From the IMG/VR virus record IMGVR_UViG_3300037193_001436, positions 43,210 to 107,209 of that record: DNA of 64,000 bases. One strand, 5' to 3'. Of the stretch, positions 26,992-36,730 are shown in pieces (position 1 is the first letter of the stretch; each line of letters starts with the position of its first letter). Both the position numbers and the translations under genes were made by a program. Source of the stretch: a virus. Below the pieces are notes generated by a model. It ran no database searches, had not been told where the DNA came from, and saw nothing but the letters and a program-made list of their open reading frames with translations.

Positions 26992-27311
26992 GCGGCAGCC
27001 CGGTGCTCCGCCTCGGGCGGGACGTCCTTGACGCCGATCGAGGCGACCTCGGCCGCGACACCGGTCGGCTTCCAGACGTGGTAGTGGGTGGCGACGGCGA
27101 TCAGCCAGTTGATCGCTGTCTGGCCCAGGACGGTCTTCCAGTTCTCCAGGGTCCCGGCGGTGATCAGGTCGGTGAGTCCGGCGCTGATCGCGGCAACGAG
27201 TAGGAGCAGGACAGCCTTGAGATTGCGGTTCCAGGTTGCCTTGGTGAGCACGCCGACCAGTAGCGGCAGCAGCAAGCTGACGCAGATGTTGAGCCACTGA
27301 TAGAGGTCCAT
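26988..27311 (-). CDS. holin
   Basis: Three hydrophobic segments; LLPLLVGVLTK, ATHYHVWKPTGV. Confidence 0.75.
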   Translation of the reverse strand: MDLYQWLNICVSLLLPLLVGVLTKATWNRNLKAVLLLLVAAISAGLTDLITAGTLENWKTVLGQTAINWLIAVATHYHVWKPTGVAAEVASIGVKDVPPEAEHRAAA

Positions 27312-27323
27312 GCGGCGTTCTTA

Positions 27324-27947
27324 TCAGTTGTTGGGCGGAATTTGAGTTGATGGATCGAACAAAGGCCGCAGCCTCTTCATGACGACCTCGGCCCAGAAAC
27401 TGGTGCCGACCCCGTTTTTGGGGTGCACGCCGCCGGAATCGAGGTAGTAGCTGATCCGGGCGGGGTCCTGAGCGAACCACTCCGACCAGGGCACGACGTG
27501 GTTCTTGTCCAGCACGTTGCGGATCTGGTTGTTGATGAAGCCGGAGTTGCGCTGGTCGGCGGTGTAGTAGTTCGGGCGGCTGGCCTGGACGTCGACCCAC
27601 AGCAGGTGCTGGACGCCCGGCAGGGTGACGTCGAACAGCCGGTGGATCTGGGCTTCCATCACTGTGGGCGTGAAGATGTCGTTGGTGCCGGTGGCCATCA
27701 CCAGGATGGGTGGCAGGACCGTCGCCGACAGCACGTAATCGACCGCCGGGGTGGTCGGCCGTCCGCTCCAGTAGTTGACCGCCAGCGTCTTACCTTCGGC
27801 CTGGACGGCGGCCGTCAGCTCCTCCTTCCCCAGTGTGGTGATGGAGTCGCCAACGATCAGCACGTCCGCCTGGTCCATCGCCGGACCAACGTAGCCGTGC
27901 TGGTTACCCGACCAGGGCCCGAGCGTCCCTGACCCGAAGTCGACCAT
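27324..27947 (-). CDS. SGNH/GDSL hydrolase
   Basis: IVGDSI, SG, GTND and DSGGVHP blocks. Confidence 0.85.
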   Translation of the reverse strand: MVDFGSGTLGPWSGNQHGYVGPAMDQADVLIVGDSITTLGKEELTAAVQAEGKTLAVNYWSGRPTTPAVDYVLSATVLPPILVMATGTNDIFTPTVMEAQIHRLFDVTLPGVQHLLWVDVQASRPNYYTADQRNSGFINNQIRNVLDKNHVVPWSEWFAQDPARISYYLDSGGVHPKNGVGTSFWAEVVMKRLRPLFDPSTQIPPNN

Positions 27948-28207
27948 CAGGACTCCTCCGTCGGGGAGACCACTTGCTCAGTCGACGTGTGCTTCTGCAA
28001 CTCGACTGATGTCACGTTGGGAGAGGCGGCGATGTAGTCGATGAAGGTCTGAACGAACTCATCCAGATTGCCTGTCCCCCAGTCGTTTCTGTAGTTGATG
28101 GCAAAGAGCACCTCGACGCTTTGGAAGTCATCGGTGTTGAATCCAGTGAGGTAGATCCGGCCGCTCTCATAGACGGGCTGACTGGTAGTCGGATCGCTGA
28201 AAGGCAT
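27947..28207 (-). CDS. small acidic hypothetical protein
   Basis: TGATG coupled; lower GC. Confidence 0.6.
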   Translation of the reverse strand: MPFSDPTTSQPVYESGRIYLTGFNTDDFQSVEVLFAINYRNDWGTGNLDEFVQTFIDYIAASPNVTSVELQKHTSTEQVVSPTEES

Positions 28208-28227
28208 GTCAATTCCCCAGATAGTTG

Positions 28228-28899
28228 TTAGTTAGCCCCCAGGTACTCGACCTGGAAGTACGTGAGGTTGGCTCCCGCCTTGGCCAGCAGGTTTCCGCCA
28301 GCATCTTGTGACGCGAGGACTCGGATTTGGGCACCAGCACCGAATTGAAGGGTCTTGGATACCGCCGACGTGCACCCGCTCCTCTGCGTGCCCGCGACGA
28401 CGTTGTAGGCGACGTTGGTGATGATCGGGCTTCCGCCACTCGCGCCGGAGTAGACCTGGCACAGCCGAATGCCGGTCGTAGCCGAGATGTCGAAGTACAC
28501 AGCGGCGGTGACTCGGTACCGACCCGTCAAGGCAGGCATCGTCAGAACGCCTGCAGAGTAGGCGAATCCTCCCGCCGTAGAGTCCTGAGTCCAGTTGATC
28601 AGGTTGAGGGCTGACCAGGTCGCGGTGGACTGGTCGGTGGCCAGGTAGCCGAACCAGTACGGCTTGACGGCGTTGGCTGCGTTCGCGGTCGTCTGCGCCG
28701 CAGCAGCCGCAGCCACAGCCGAATCCGCCGTAGCCTGGGCCGCGTCGGCGTCTGCTTGCGCGGCGGCGACCTGCGCCGCCAGCGAAGTGTCGGTGTCGTC
28801 GCCGATCCCGATGCGCCGGTCGAGGTCAGCAACCGCCGGATACAGGGGCGAGCTGTACCACTCCTGCGATCCCTGGTCCGGAAGGTTGTAGCGGGTCAT
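28228..28899 (-). CDS. fibre-like minor tail protein (coiled coil plus beta head)
   Basis: Ala-rich heptads (AQATADSA) then C1q-like pattern GRYRVTA. Confidence 0.65.
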   Translation of the reverse strand: MTRYNLPDQGSQEWYSSPLYPAVADLDRRIGIGDDTDTSLAAQVAAAQADADAAQATADSAVAAAAAAQTTANAANAVKPYWFGYLATDQSTATWSALNLINWTQDSTAGGFAYSAGVLTMPALTGRYRVTAAVYFDISATTGIRLCQVYSGASGGSPIITNVAYNVVAGTQRSGCTSAVSKTLQFGAGAQIRVLASQDAGGNLLAKAGANLTYFQVEYLGAN

Positions 28900-29423
28900 G
28901 TCGACTTGGCGGGCTCGACAAGGATCTCGCGGTAGAAGACGTCGAAGTTGCCGCCGGTACACAGGTGCATGGTGCGGATGTTGTACGCACCGCCCGGTGT
29001 CAGGCCGGTTATCAGCTTGCGCCGCGACGCGTTGATGCGAGCTGCTGCTGTGAATCCGAGAACGCCGACGCCGTTGTCGGTCGTGGCGGTGGTGAACACA
29101 GTTCCGCTGCCGATGGTGCTGCCGGTCCGGATCTCGTAGGCCATGTAGCAGCCCTCACCGGCGGTGTTGGTTTCCATGTGAGCCGAGACGGTCGCGTAGA
29201 TCTTGCCGTTGCCGGGTGCGGTGAACGGGACTCCGCAGACGGGACTTCCGGGTGCGAAGGTAGTGGTGGTCTGTGCGAGCAGGTCCGTCGTGTCCGAGGC
29301 GCTGGCGGGTTGGGTGGCTATGACCGCCGTGTGAGCGTCGATCGTTGCCGACAGCCCCGTGATCGCGGCATTGAGCGCGTCGCCCCAGTTCAACGACCCG
29401 ACGGCCGGGAGGGTAACTGTCAT
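28896..29423 (-). CDS. minor tail protein
   Basis: LPAVGSLNWGDALN anchor-type N-terminus; tail context. Confidence 0.65.
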   Translation of the reverse strand: MTVTLPAVGSLNWGDALNAAITGLSATIDAHTAVIATQPASASDTTDLLAQTTTTFAPGSPVCGVPFTAPGNGKIYATVSAHMETNTAGEGCYMAYEIRTGSTIGSGTVFTTATTDNGVGVLGFTAAARINASRRKLITGLTPGGAYNIRTMHLCTGGNFDVFYREILVEPAKST

Positions 29424-29429
29424 GACCGA

Positions 29430-30668
29430 TCAGCCTCCGTAGGGGCCCGAGCCGTACGGGCCAGATCCGTAAGGGGTAGTTGTTGCACTCGCGCTGTCCG
29501 CGTAGACCGGATCGCCAACGACCAGCCCCAACTGAACATTCTCCCGGAGTGTCTTGCCCAAGGCGTAATGGCGATTGAGCTTGTCCTTGTAGTAGTAACT
29601 ACGCGCCTTGCCCGGCGTGCCGTCGAGTTCCCACACGTAGTCGGGCAGGCCGGAGTCGCCATCGAAGTACGGCTTGAGCCCGTTGCCCTCCTCAACCATC
29701 GCTGCATCGATCCGGATCGAGGTCGCGCCGTAGCTGGTGATCTGCAGGCTTGCGGTGACGGTGTTCGCGGTGAAGGAAACCCAGAGCCTGCGCCAGTCCG
29801 GGGCCCCCGGCATGCCGAGCGGCGCGGACTCCCAAGACATCGCGCTGGTCTCGATGCCGGTCTCATTGCGCGCGCCGTTGACCTGAATGCCGACGTCGTT
29901 GCCGTCCATGGACCGGATGTAGACGCTGGCGGTGTACCTACGGCCGGGCGTCAGGGTCTTGACCACGTGGGTGACGGTCTCGCCGAAGGTGAGGCTGGTG
30001 GCGGCGCAGCACGCGGTGCCCTTGACGGCGTCGGTGGTGATCCTGGCCAGGCTGCCGCCGACGGTTGCCCAGTCGGTGAGGTCGACCTCGAAGGACGGGT
30101 TGGTGGCGTGGTTGAGCCGCGTCGGCCGGACCCAGACGTCGAGGCTGCGAGCAGGGCTGTAGGCCGACGGGACACTGTTCTGGATCGGTGCGATCTCCCA
30201 CTGGACGTCGTCGATGTGCTGGACGGTGCCGGTGGGCATGGACTTGTAGACCAGGCCGACGGCGGCGTACGCGGCGCGCTTCCAGGCGACGTTGTCGGTG
30301 GGTGCGTACAGGGTCATGAAGTGCCGGGTCCAGTTGGCTCCGACTCCGGCGGACACTGTTCCGTTGTTGTCGGCAACGGCGATGGCCATGGCTGGGTCGG
30401 ATTCGGTGGCCGGGAAGAACGCGAAGTCGGTCATGCTGGCCAGCTCATCGCTGACCCAGATGCCGATGCTGCCGCCGATACCGACGTCGAGCGCGCCGGG
30501 AATGGCTCCGAGGTCGATCGGGACGATGACGTAGATGTCGATCGAGCCCTCGGAGAAGGCGACCGCCGGGGACTCCCCGAGTTCGGTGAGGACGGACTGC
30601 AGGATCTCCAGTACGGCCACGCCAGGGAAGTCGAGGCGGCCTTCGGCAACGAGTTGATCGGTGGTCAT
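29430..30668 (-). CDS. minor tail protein with carbohydrate-binding-like domain
   Basis: NPSFE..W, YTASVYIR, YFDG; C-terminal YGSGPYGSGPYGG. Confidence 0.75.
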   Translation of the reverse strand: MTTDQLVAEGRLDFPGVAVLEILQSVLTELGESPAVAFSEGSIDIYVIVPIDLGAIPGALDVGIGGSIGIWVSDELASMTDFAFFPATESDPAMAIAVADNNGTVSAGVGANWTRHFMTLYAPTDNVAWKRAAYAAVGLVYKSMPTGTVQHIDDVQWEIAPIQNSVPSAYSPARSLDVWVRPTRLNHATNPSFEVDLTDWATVGGSLARITTDAVKGTACCAATSLTFGETVTHVVKTLTPGRRYTASVYIRSMDGNDVGIQVNGARNETGIETSAMSWESAPLGMPGAPDWRRLWVSFTANTVTASLQITSYGATSIRIDAAMVEEGNGLKPYFDGDSGLPDYVWELDGTPGKARSYYYKDKLNRHYALGKTLRENVQLGLVVGDPVYADSASATTTPYGSGPYGSGPYGG

Positions 30669-32713
30669 AGGTTGAACATCCCGTGATTCGCGATCGCCGA
30701 GTTGAACGAGTCGGTCACCTGCGCGACCTGGGTTCCGTTCTTGTAGACCGTGAGCACCGAGCCGTTCATGTCGACCATCATTCGGTCGCCGTCGGCGAAG
30801 GGGGTGGCGAAGCCAGCCAGGGAGGTGAACGCCCCGGCGACGACCTTGCCGATGCTGGTGCGGCTGACGCGGAACATGTTGCTGGCGTCGGAGATCCGCA
30901 ACACCAGACCATGGAAGTGTCCCGCCAGCGGGCTCTTGCCGAAGGTGACGGCGACGCGGCCGTTGGCCGACAGGCCGGTGATCCGGGTGATCTGTGTGGC
31001 GGCCGGGTTGGCCGGATAGGCCAGGCCGTCATCGACGATCCAGTTCGAGCCGGTGACCACGCCCCAGGTCTGGGTGGACGGCCGGACGTCGGCGACGCGG
31101 GTGGTCCACACGCCGGTGCTCTGCCGGGTGAAGGTGTCGAGGAACGCGGTGGTGCTTTTGGCGGACAGCGTGGTGAGGAACTGGCCGTGCTCGTCGAACA
31201 GCGAGACCCTGGCCTCGACGGCGAGCCCGCCGGTGCCTGCGGTGCCGGTGAGTGGTCCGTGGGCGTAGGCGGAGAAGCACATCCGGATCCGCTCGTCGAA
31301 CCCGAGGGCTTCCCAGACGTCGTCGCCGTCGGGTTCACCGGGGGGCTGGGCTCCGAGGGCTTCTTTGATCGCGCGCCACGGGCGGCCCTTGTGCAGGACG
31401 ATGTCACCGCGTGCGTACTCGACCTCGGCGTCCCAGTGTTCTGTTGCCTGAGGCACCGGTACGCCGTACCGGATGACGGTCTCGGGGTCCCAGGTGGTGC
31501 CGCCGGACAGGTAGCTGACCGATCGGACCAGGACGTCCTTGGTGGAGGCGTTGGTGTTCTTGACGACCAGGACGTTGGAGTCGTTGCGGCCGGTGTGGGC
31601 GTCGAAGCTGACTCCGACGTTCACGTACAGCGGGTCGCTGGTGTTGATCGGCAGGGCGCAGTACAGGGGTGACTCGGGACCCTGCAGAAGTGCTTGCCAG
31701 GTGGAGATGTTGGCCGACTTGGCCCGGTACAGGGTGCCGTCGGCGTGCCGGTCGAGGGCGGTCCACCAGGTGTTGCTGGTGGCTGTCAGCGGGGGCTTCT
31801 GGGCGTCTCCCAGTGCTCCGACGGCCTTGGCCTCGAACTCGTTGCCCGCGAACACTACGCGGTCCCCGGGTCGGCCATTGACGGTGTCCGGGCCGACGTA
31901 CTGGCGGGTGGCGATCCACTCCGGGTACTGCTCGGGGCTATAGAACGAGGACTGGTCCTGGGTGAGCATGAGGTTGCGGCCGAGCACGATCTCGGTGTCG
32001 TAGCCTGCGCTGAGCCCGACCAGATCCCGCAGGCCGGAGCGAAGCCCGCGCACCTTGCTGAGCAGGGAAGCGTTGGTGACACGCTGGCGCATGAGTCGTG
32101 CGGGCAGTGCGTGCAGGTACTCGACCCCGAACTGCGACGCCAGGGACTCCAGGTCGGACAGGTGCACGACGCTGGGATCGTTGGCTGCAGGCAACGTCTT
32201 CGCGTAGCTGCGGATGTAGTCGACGCCGAACGCGAGGATGTTGACGAAGTTCCGCAGCTCTTGGTTCTCGATGTTGCCGGTGAGTTCGTTCGGGACGGCC
32301 AGCCGGAAGTACCTGGGGATGAAGGACAGCAAGGTGTCCTGGGTGCTCTCGCCGACGACTGCCAGGGTCGACGTCATCCCGGCGCGCTGCCAGTCGCCGT
32401 CGATCAGCAGGTACAGCGTGTAGTACCGAAAGGCGCTGAGCGATGGCGTGCTGCCGTCGATGTCGACGTACTGGCCGGGGGTGGTGGGGCCGGTGAGGTC
32501 GAGCAGAATGTCGCCGTCGTCGGCGGTGGTGGCCCAGCCGTACCGGGATCCGAGCAGCCGGAAGCCGGTCCAGTCTCCGGGCGGGTTGGTCCACTGCACG
32601 CGGGTCCGGCCGTTGCCGATCGGGTCGGCGGTGAAGGGTTCGACTCCGTAGTCGACGGCCAGCGGTGTGCCGTACCGGCTCAGTGCATAGAAATCGGCTT
32701 CGTAGATGGCCAT
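30665..32713 (-). CDS. baseplate wedge / tail protein
   Basis: ATG 32713 (TAATG); P2 gpI-like LESLASQFG segment; baseplate context. Confidence 0.75.
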   Translation of the reverse strand: MAIYEADFYALSRYGTPLAVDYGVEPFTADPIGNGRTRVQWTNPPGDWTGFRLLGSRYGWATTADDGDILLDLTGPTTPGQYVDIDGSTPSLSAFRYYTLYLLIDGDWQRAGMTSTLAVVGESTQDTLLSFIPRYFRLAVPNELTGNIENQELRNFVNILAFGVDYIRSYAKTLPAANDPSVVHLSDLESLASQFGVEYLHALPARLMRQRVTNASLLSKVRGLRSGLRDLVGLSAGYDTEIVLGRNLMLTQDQSSFYSPEQYPEWIATRQYVGPDTVNGRPGDRVVFAGNEFEAKAVGALGDAQKPPLTATSNTWWTALDRHADGTLYRAKSANISTWQALLQGPESPLYCALPINTSDPLYVNVGVSFDAHTGRNDSNVLVVKNTNASTKDVLVRSVSYLSGGTTWDPETVIRYGVPVPQATEHWDAEVEYARGDIVLHKGRPWRAIKEALGAQPPGEPDGDDVWEALGFDERIRMCFSAYAHGPLTGTAGTGGLAVEARVSLFDEHGQFLTTLSAKSTTAFLDTFTRQSTGVWTTRVADVRPSTQTWGVVTGSNWIVDDGLAYPANPAATQITRITGLSANGRVAVTFGKSPLAGHFHGLVLRISDASNMFRVSRTSIGKVVAGAFTSLAGFATPFADGDRMMVDMNGSVLTVYKNGTQVAQVTDSFNSAIANHGMFNL

Positions 32714-33414
32714 TACGGCAGTTCCCGCAGGCAGATCGAGGACAGGAAGGCACTGTTCACTCGGGCCGAGCGGCTGGAGTTCTGGTTGACCAGGAGCTTC
32801 ACCTTCGCGCCCCGGGGAGCGACACCGAGGAACACCGGGGCCTGGTAGACGCCACGGATCTCGGGGTTGTAGTGCTCGGTTCGGACGACCGAGCTGTTGC
32901 CGGTGCCGTTGATCGAGATGACCGCGCTGTAGGTGCCGAACCCGTCCGACAGCGGCAGCGGGTAGGTGTCCCAGTTGCTCTGGGCCCGGATGAAGTAGAA
33001 GCCGGTCTTGGGCAGGGTGAGGCCGTAGCCGTTGTAGGACCGGGCGGTGTCGTAGGCGGGCTTGGGGAACGGCAGCATGCGGTACGGGACGGTGGGTCCG
33101 GCCAGCTCGCCGGGGAACCACTTGTCGGTGGCGGCTGCGGAGAAGACGGGCAGGTGCTCGCCGCGTCGCAGCGACAGGAGCTGCGCGGCGATGTCCTTGA
33201 ACTTGGTGAGGGTCTGCTGCAGCGCACCCTCGTCGTCGATGTTGTCCTGGTCGATCTCCTGCTGGATGTCGGCGACCTCGTTGACCAGCGGGCCGAGGAC
33301 TTCTTGGATCGCGACAACTTCGTCCTGCAGGTCGTTGACGTGCTCGGCCTTGACGTCGTCGATGAGGTTGCGGTGGGTCGGGAACGCCTTGATTCCACGA
33401 GGGAACACGGCCAT
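32713..33414 (-). CDS. minor tail protein
   Basis: AEHVNDLQDEVVAIQ..LG N-terminus. Confidence 0.7.
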   Translation of the reverse strand: MAVFPRGIKAFPTHRNLIDDVKAEHVNDLQDEVVAIQEVLGPLVNEVADIQQEIDQDNIDDEGALQQTLTKFKDIAAQLLSLRRGEHLPVFSAAATDKWFPGELAGPTVPYRMLPFPKPAYDTARSYNGYGLTLPKTGFYFIRAQSNWDTYPLPLSDGFGTYSAVISINGTGNSSVVRTEHYNPEIRGVYQAPVFLGVAPRGAKVKLLVNQNSSRSARVNSAFLSSICLRELP

Positions 33415-34874
33415 CAGGAGACACCTCCAGAAACGGTGATTTGCAGGTTCCCGAGGGTGGGGAATTCCCAGGCCTTGCAGACGATGTCGGCGGTACCGGA
33501 CTGCGGTGCGTCGCTGCGGGCGATCAGCGGGATGTTGATGTACCGCACGCCAGGCACCGCGATCAGCGCACCGAAGAAGTCCGACAGGGTGAGCTTGTCA
33601 CCGAAATCGACGTTGGCCGGGTCGAGCAGGGTACGGATGGCCTGCTCCGCACTGAACTTGACGGCACTGTTCAGGAAGGACGGCCAGGCTTCGATGACGA
33701 CCGGCGTGCCGACCGAGCCGACGTTGATCGAGACGAAGGTCGGTCCGGCGATGGTGACCGTCGTACCGGCCAGGCACTGTGCCGACAGGGACTTCAGCGT
33801 GCTGGTGATGAGGGTGTTGCTCGGTGCCTGCCCGCCGGGCCCGAGGATGTAGACGGTCACCGAGGTGTGGAAGTCGGCGATCGCGCTGGCCCGGATCACG
33901 CCCGGCACGGTGAGCGCCAGGTCCTCGAAGTCCTGGGTGGTGATCGCCCGGCTGATGGTGCGGTACGAGCGCGGCGCGTTGGCGCGGACCTGTTCGGTGG
34001 ACTCGGGGTCGGCTCCGCCGAGGGCGGCGGTGGACAGGGCGACGTCGCTGGCGTCGGTGGCGACGTGGACGCCGGGCGGGTCGGCGCTGGCGAGCTGGGT
34101 GATGGCTCCGGCACCGACGTTGCCCTCGACCCCGTAGCCACTGCGATAGGTCACGGTGATGGGCATGCCGATGACCGGGATCGCGCCGTTGACGTCGTCG
34201 CCGAAGAGCAGCCAGATGCCGCCCTGGGCGTCCAGCCGGGTGGCGAACACCCGGTCCTGGGGGTCGGCGTCGAGGAGGTGCGGCACGTAGGTCCAGGTCT
34301 CGTTGTTGACCTTCACCGACAGGCCGCCGGAGTAGACGTTGGTGTGCGGGAGCCGGTAGGCCTGGTCGGGCTGGCCGGTCGAGGTGCCGAGCGAGATGTC
34401 GGTGTGGGTCTGGCCCTCCTGGACCGTGACCGCGATGGTGCCTCCTGCGGCCGGGACCGTGACGGCAGCGGTGGTCTCGAAGACGATCTGGGCGTCCAGG
34501 TCCTCGATCATCTCGGTGACGAGCTGGGTGCCGACGGGGACGACGGTGGCAGGCGCGTCTGCGTCGGTCTCCAAGGTGACGCTCGACGTGGCCGGGATGC
34601 CGGTGTGTGGCAGGTACCCGAGCATTTCGGCGATGTTCAGCACCGACTGGCGTTGCGTTGCCGTCGGCAAGTACGCCTCTTGCTTGGACTGGTCGACGTA
34701 GTAGTTGGTGATGTCGCCGACGTAGGCCAGCAGCTCCAGGAGCATGACGCCGAAGTCGCCCTCGGAGGCGGGCTGCCAGTCCGGGAAGGCGTCGCGGGCG
34801 TAGGTGAGCAGGCTGGTGCGCAGGCCGTCGAAGTCCCGGCTGGTGTAGTCGATGACCGGCAGTTGGTTAACCAC
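33414..34874 (-). CDS. baseplate J / gp47 wedge protein
   Basis: IDYTSRDF, SEGDFGVMLLEL, FGDDVNG, GGADPES, RAITTQDF. Confidence 0.93.
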   Translation of the reverse strand: MVNQLPVIDYTSRDFDGLRTSLLTYARDAFPDWQPASEGDFGVMLLELLAYVGDITNYYVDQSKQEAYLPTATQRQSVLNIAEMLGYLPHTGIPATSSVTLETDADAPATVVPVGTQLVTEMIEDLDAQIVFETTAAVTVPAAGGTIAVTVQEGQTHTDISLGTSTGQPDQAYRLPHTNVYSGGLSVKVNNETWTYVPHLLDADPQDRVFATRLDAQGGIWLLFGDDVNGAIPVIGMPITVTYRSGYGVEGNVGAGAITQLASADPPGVHVATDASDVALSTAALGGADPESTEQVRANAPRSYRTISRAITTQDFEDLALTVPGVIRASAIADFHTSVTVYILGPGGQAPSNTLITSTLKSLSAQCLAGTTVTIAGPTFVSINVGSVGTPVVIEAWPSFLNSAVKFSAEQAIRTLLDPANVDFGDKLTLSDFFGALIAVPGVRYINIPLIARSDAPQSGTADIVCKAWEFPTLGNLQITVSGGVS

Positions 34875-35277
34875 GAACGACTTCCTTCACCTCTCCGCCG
34901 ACCAGGATCCGGGCCTGGTTGACCCGCGCCCCGGTGACGTCGGTCGACCCGGATTCGCGCCGGGCGTAGTCGACGTCCATGCGCACCTCGCCGGTGTTGC
35001 CCTGGACCGGGATGGCACGGTTCAGCAGCACGCCAGGTTCCCAGGCCTGGAGGGCGGCACCAACCTTGTCGTTGATGTGCTCGACGCCGATGTCGTCCAC
35101 CTCCTCGAACAGCAGGCTGGCCAATTGGACGCCGTACTCGGGGACCATCACTCGTTCGCCCGGTTCAGTGCTGACCAGGGAAATAACATGTTGGTGCACT
35201 TGTCGTTCCGTGTTGGTGATCGCCTGAATGCCGTAGCTCGTGCTCAGGCGAAACGGCACGGCGATCTCCGATGACAT
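34867..35277 (-). CDS. gp25/GPW baseplate protein
   Basis: TEPGERVMVPEYG..LLFE..WEP. Confidence 0.92.
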   Translation of the reverse strand: MSSEIAVPFRLSTSYGIQAITNTERQVHQHVISLVSTEPGERVMVPEYGVQLASLLFEEVDDIGVEHINDKVGAALQAWEPGVLLNRAIPVQGNTGEVRMDVDYARRESGSTDVTGARVNQARILVGGEVKEVVRG

Positions 35278-35314
35278 GTCTCAAGTATCCTTCCCTGCTT
35301 GGCGACTCTGAGAG

Positions 35315-36457
35315 TCAGTTCAACTGGACGATGTCGAGGGATTCCGACTCCCAGAACACCCCGTCACGACGTACGCAGCCCACAACGTCAGGGGTGCCGG
35401 ACAACTGCGCGGTGCGGGTGAAGTCGGGTTGAACCCCTTGGTTTCGGGACATCTCGACGTCGGTCGAATGTGCTGTGGTGCCGGTCCGGTTGATGTTCAT
35501 CACGTGCCGGGTGCTCTCGATGTGCCAGACGCCGGTGTGCTCGACGGGGACACGGGGGCCGTCGATCCAGACCAGCTTGCCCGGCCGCAGCAAAGGGGCC
35601 CCGGGCAACCGCACGGTCGCGGTCAGCCAGTTCTGCAGCCGATTGGCAGTGGCGAGCCTGTCGCGGGCCTCGCTATAGCTGGTCACCTCACCGGGCAGCA
35701 CTGTGGTCAGAGCGGGCTTGAAGCCGACCGTGTCGTCCGGCCGCGTCTTGAGGACGGTGTTGGAGCGGACAGTGAAGGCACCCTTGGTGGCCGCGCTGCG
35801 CCCCAGCACGATCTTCTCGCTGACCACTCCCCCGCTGCGTGGAGCCAGGGTGCCGGAGGTGACCTCGAAGTCGGTGACGGTGCTGTACTTCGGGACGAAC
35901 GTAGTTGTTGCACCGAGCAACAGGACGTTGGGGTCGACGAACAACACCGTGCCACCGTCGACCCAGAGTCGGAATCCGGTCTCGGCGGCCAGCCGCTGCA
36001 AGGCCTGGAAGTCGGACTCGGTGGTGATCGTGAACGTCGGTAGAGTTCGGGTAGAGCGGTGTAGTAGCGCACGCATCCTGTGCTTGCGGGAGATTTCAGC
36101 GGCGGCGAACGACGGTGTGACGTTGCTCCAGGCCCGGGGGTCGGAACCGTTCATCCGCAGCGACGTGCCCAGGCACAGGTAGCGCACCGTCGGCACGCCG
36201 TCGTCGTCGGTCAGCACCTCGCAGTGGTTGACGTAGCCGAAGAAGCGCGACTGCTCGGTGGCCGACCGACCCCACTGCAGCACGACCGAGGTCATCTCCG
36301 GGTAGAGCGCCCCGCCGGTGGTCCGCAGCAGGCTGGTCGCGACCGACATGTCGACGATCGCCAGGGTGTGGCGTTCGTAGGCCTGCCGCAGCTCGAACCG
36401 GGTGATGGATCCCCGTGCCGCCTGGTCGTCGAAGATGGCCGAGACGAAGTTAGACAC
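35315..36457 (-). CDS. baseplate hub (gp27/VgrG-N-like)
   Basis: ESDFQALQRLAAETGF, GAPLLRPG, G.WHIESTRH. Confidence 0.8.
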   Translation of the reverse strand: MSNFVSAIFDDQAARGSITRFELRQAYERHTLAIVDMSVATSLLRTTGGALYPEMTSVVLQWGRSATEQSRFFGYVNHCEVLTDDDGVPTVRYLCLGTSLRMNGSDPRAWSNVTPSFAAAEISRKHRMRALLHRSTRTLPTFTITTESDFQALQRLAAETGFRLWVDGGTVLFVDPNVLLLGATTTFVPKYSTVTDFEVTSGTLAPRSGGVVSEKIVLGRSAATKGAFTVRSNTVLKTRPDDTVGFKPALTTVLPGEVTSYSEARDRLATANRLQNWLTATVRLPGAPLLRPGKLVWIDGPRVPVEHTGVWHIESTRHVMNINRTGTTAHSTDVEMSRNQGVQPDFTRTAQLSGTPDVVGCVRRDGVFWESESLDIVQLN

Positions 36458-36722
36458 TGGGGATCCTCAGCAAGGTGCCGCGCGGGAGCACCAACCAGTC
36501 GTGGATCTCGGGGTTGGCGTCGGCGATCATCCACCACAGCTTCGCCAGCCCGAGGAAACGATAGGCGAGCTGGTCGATGCGCTCTCCATCGCGGACCAGG
36601 TAGTTGGTGTAGGCAATGACCCGCTCGGCTGGCTGGGGAGTGATGACAGTCTGCCGGGCTCCGGTGCGGCTCTGGACGGTCTGGATGCTGGAGGTGGTGT
36701 ATCGCGAGTCTGCGTTGATCAT
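36450..36722 (-). CDS. LysM/Tail-X-like baseplate protein
   Basis: GERIDQLAYRFLG..LWWMIADANP. Confidence 0.85.
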   Translation of the reverse strand: MINADSRYTTSSIQTVQSRTGARQTVITPQPAERVIAYTNYLVRDGERIDQLAYRFLGLAKLWWMIADANPEIHDWLVLPRGTLLRIPSV

Positions 36723-36730
36723 GTGGCCTC

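Noticed and set aside
32714-33424. N-terminal extension of the 919-aa track ORF, and similar extensions of 620..1717, 14756..15856 and 36731..38044
   Set aside because: Arg/Pro-rich off-frame overlap with real upstream genes; coupled internal starts fit better
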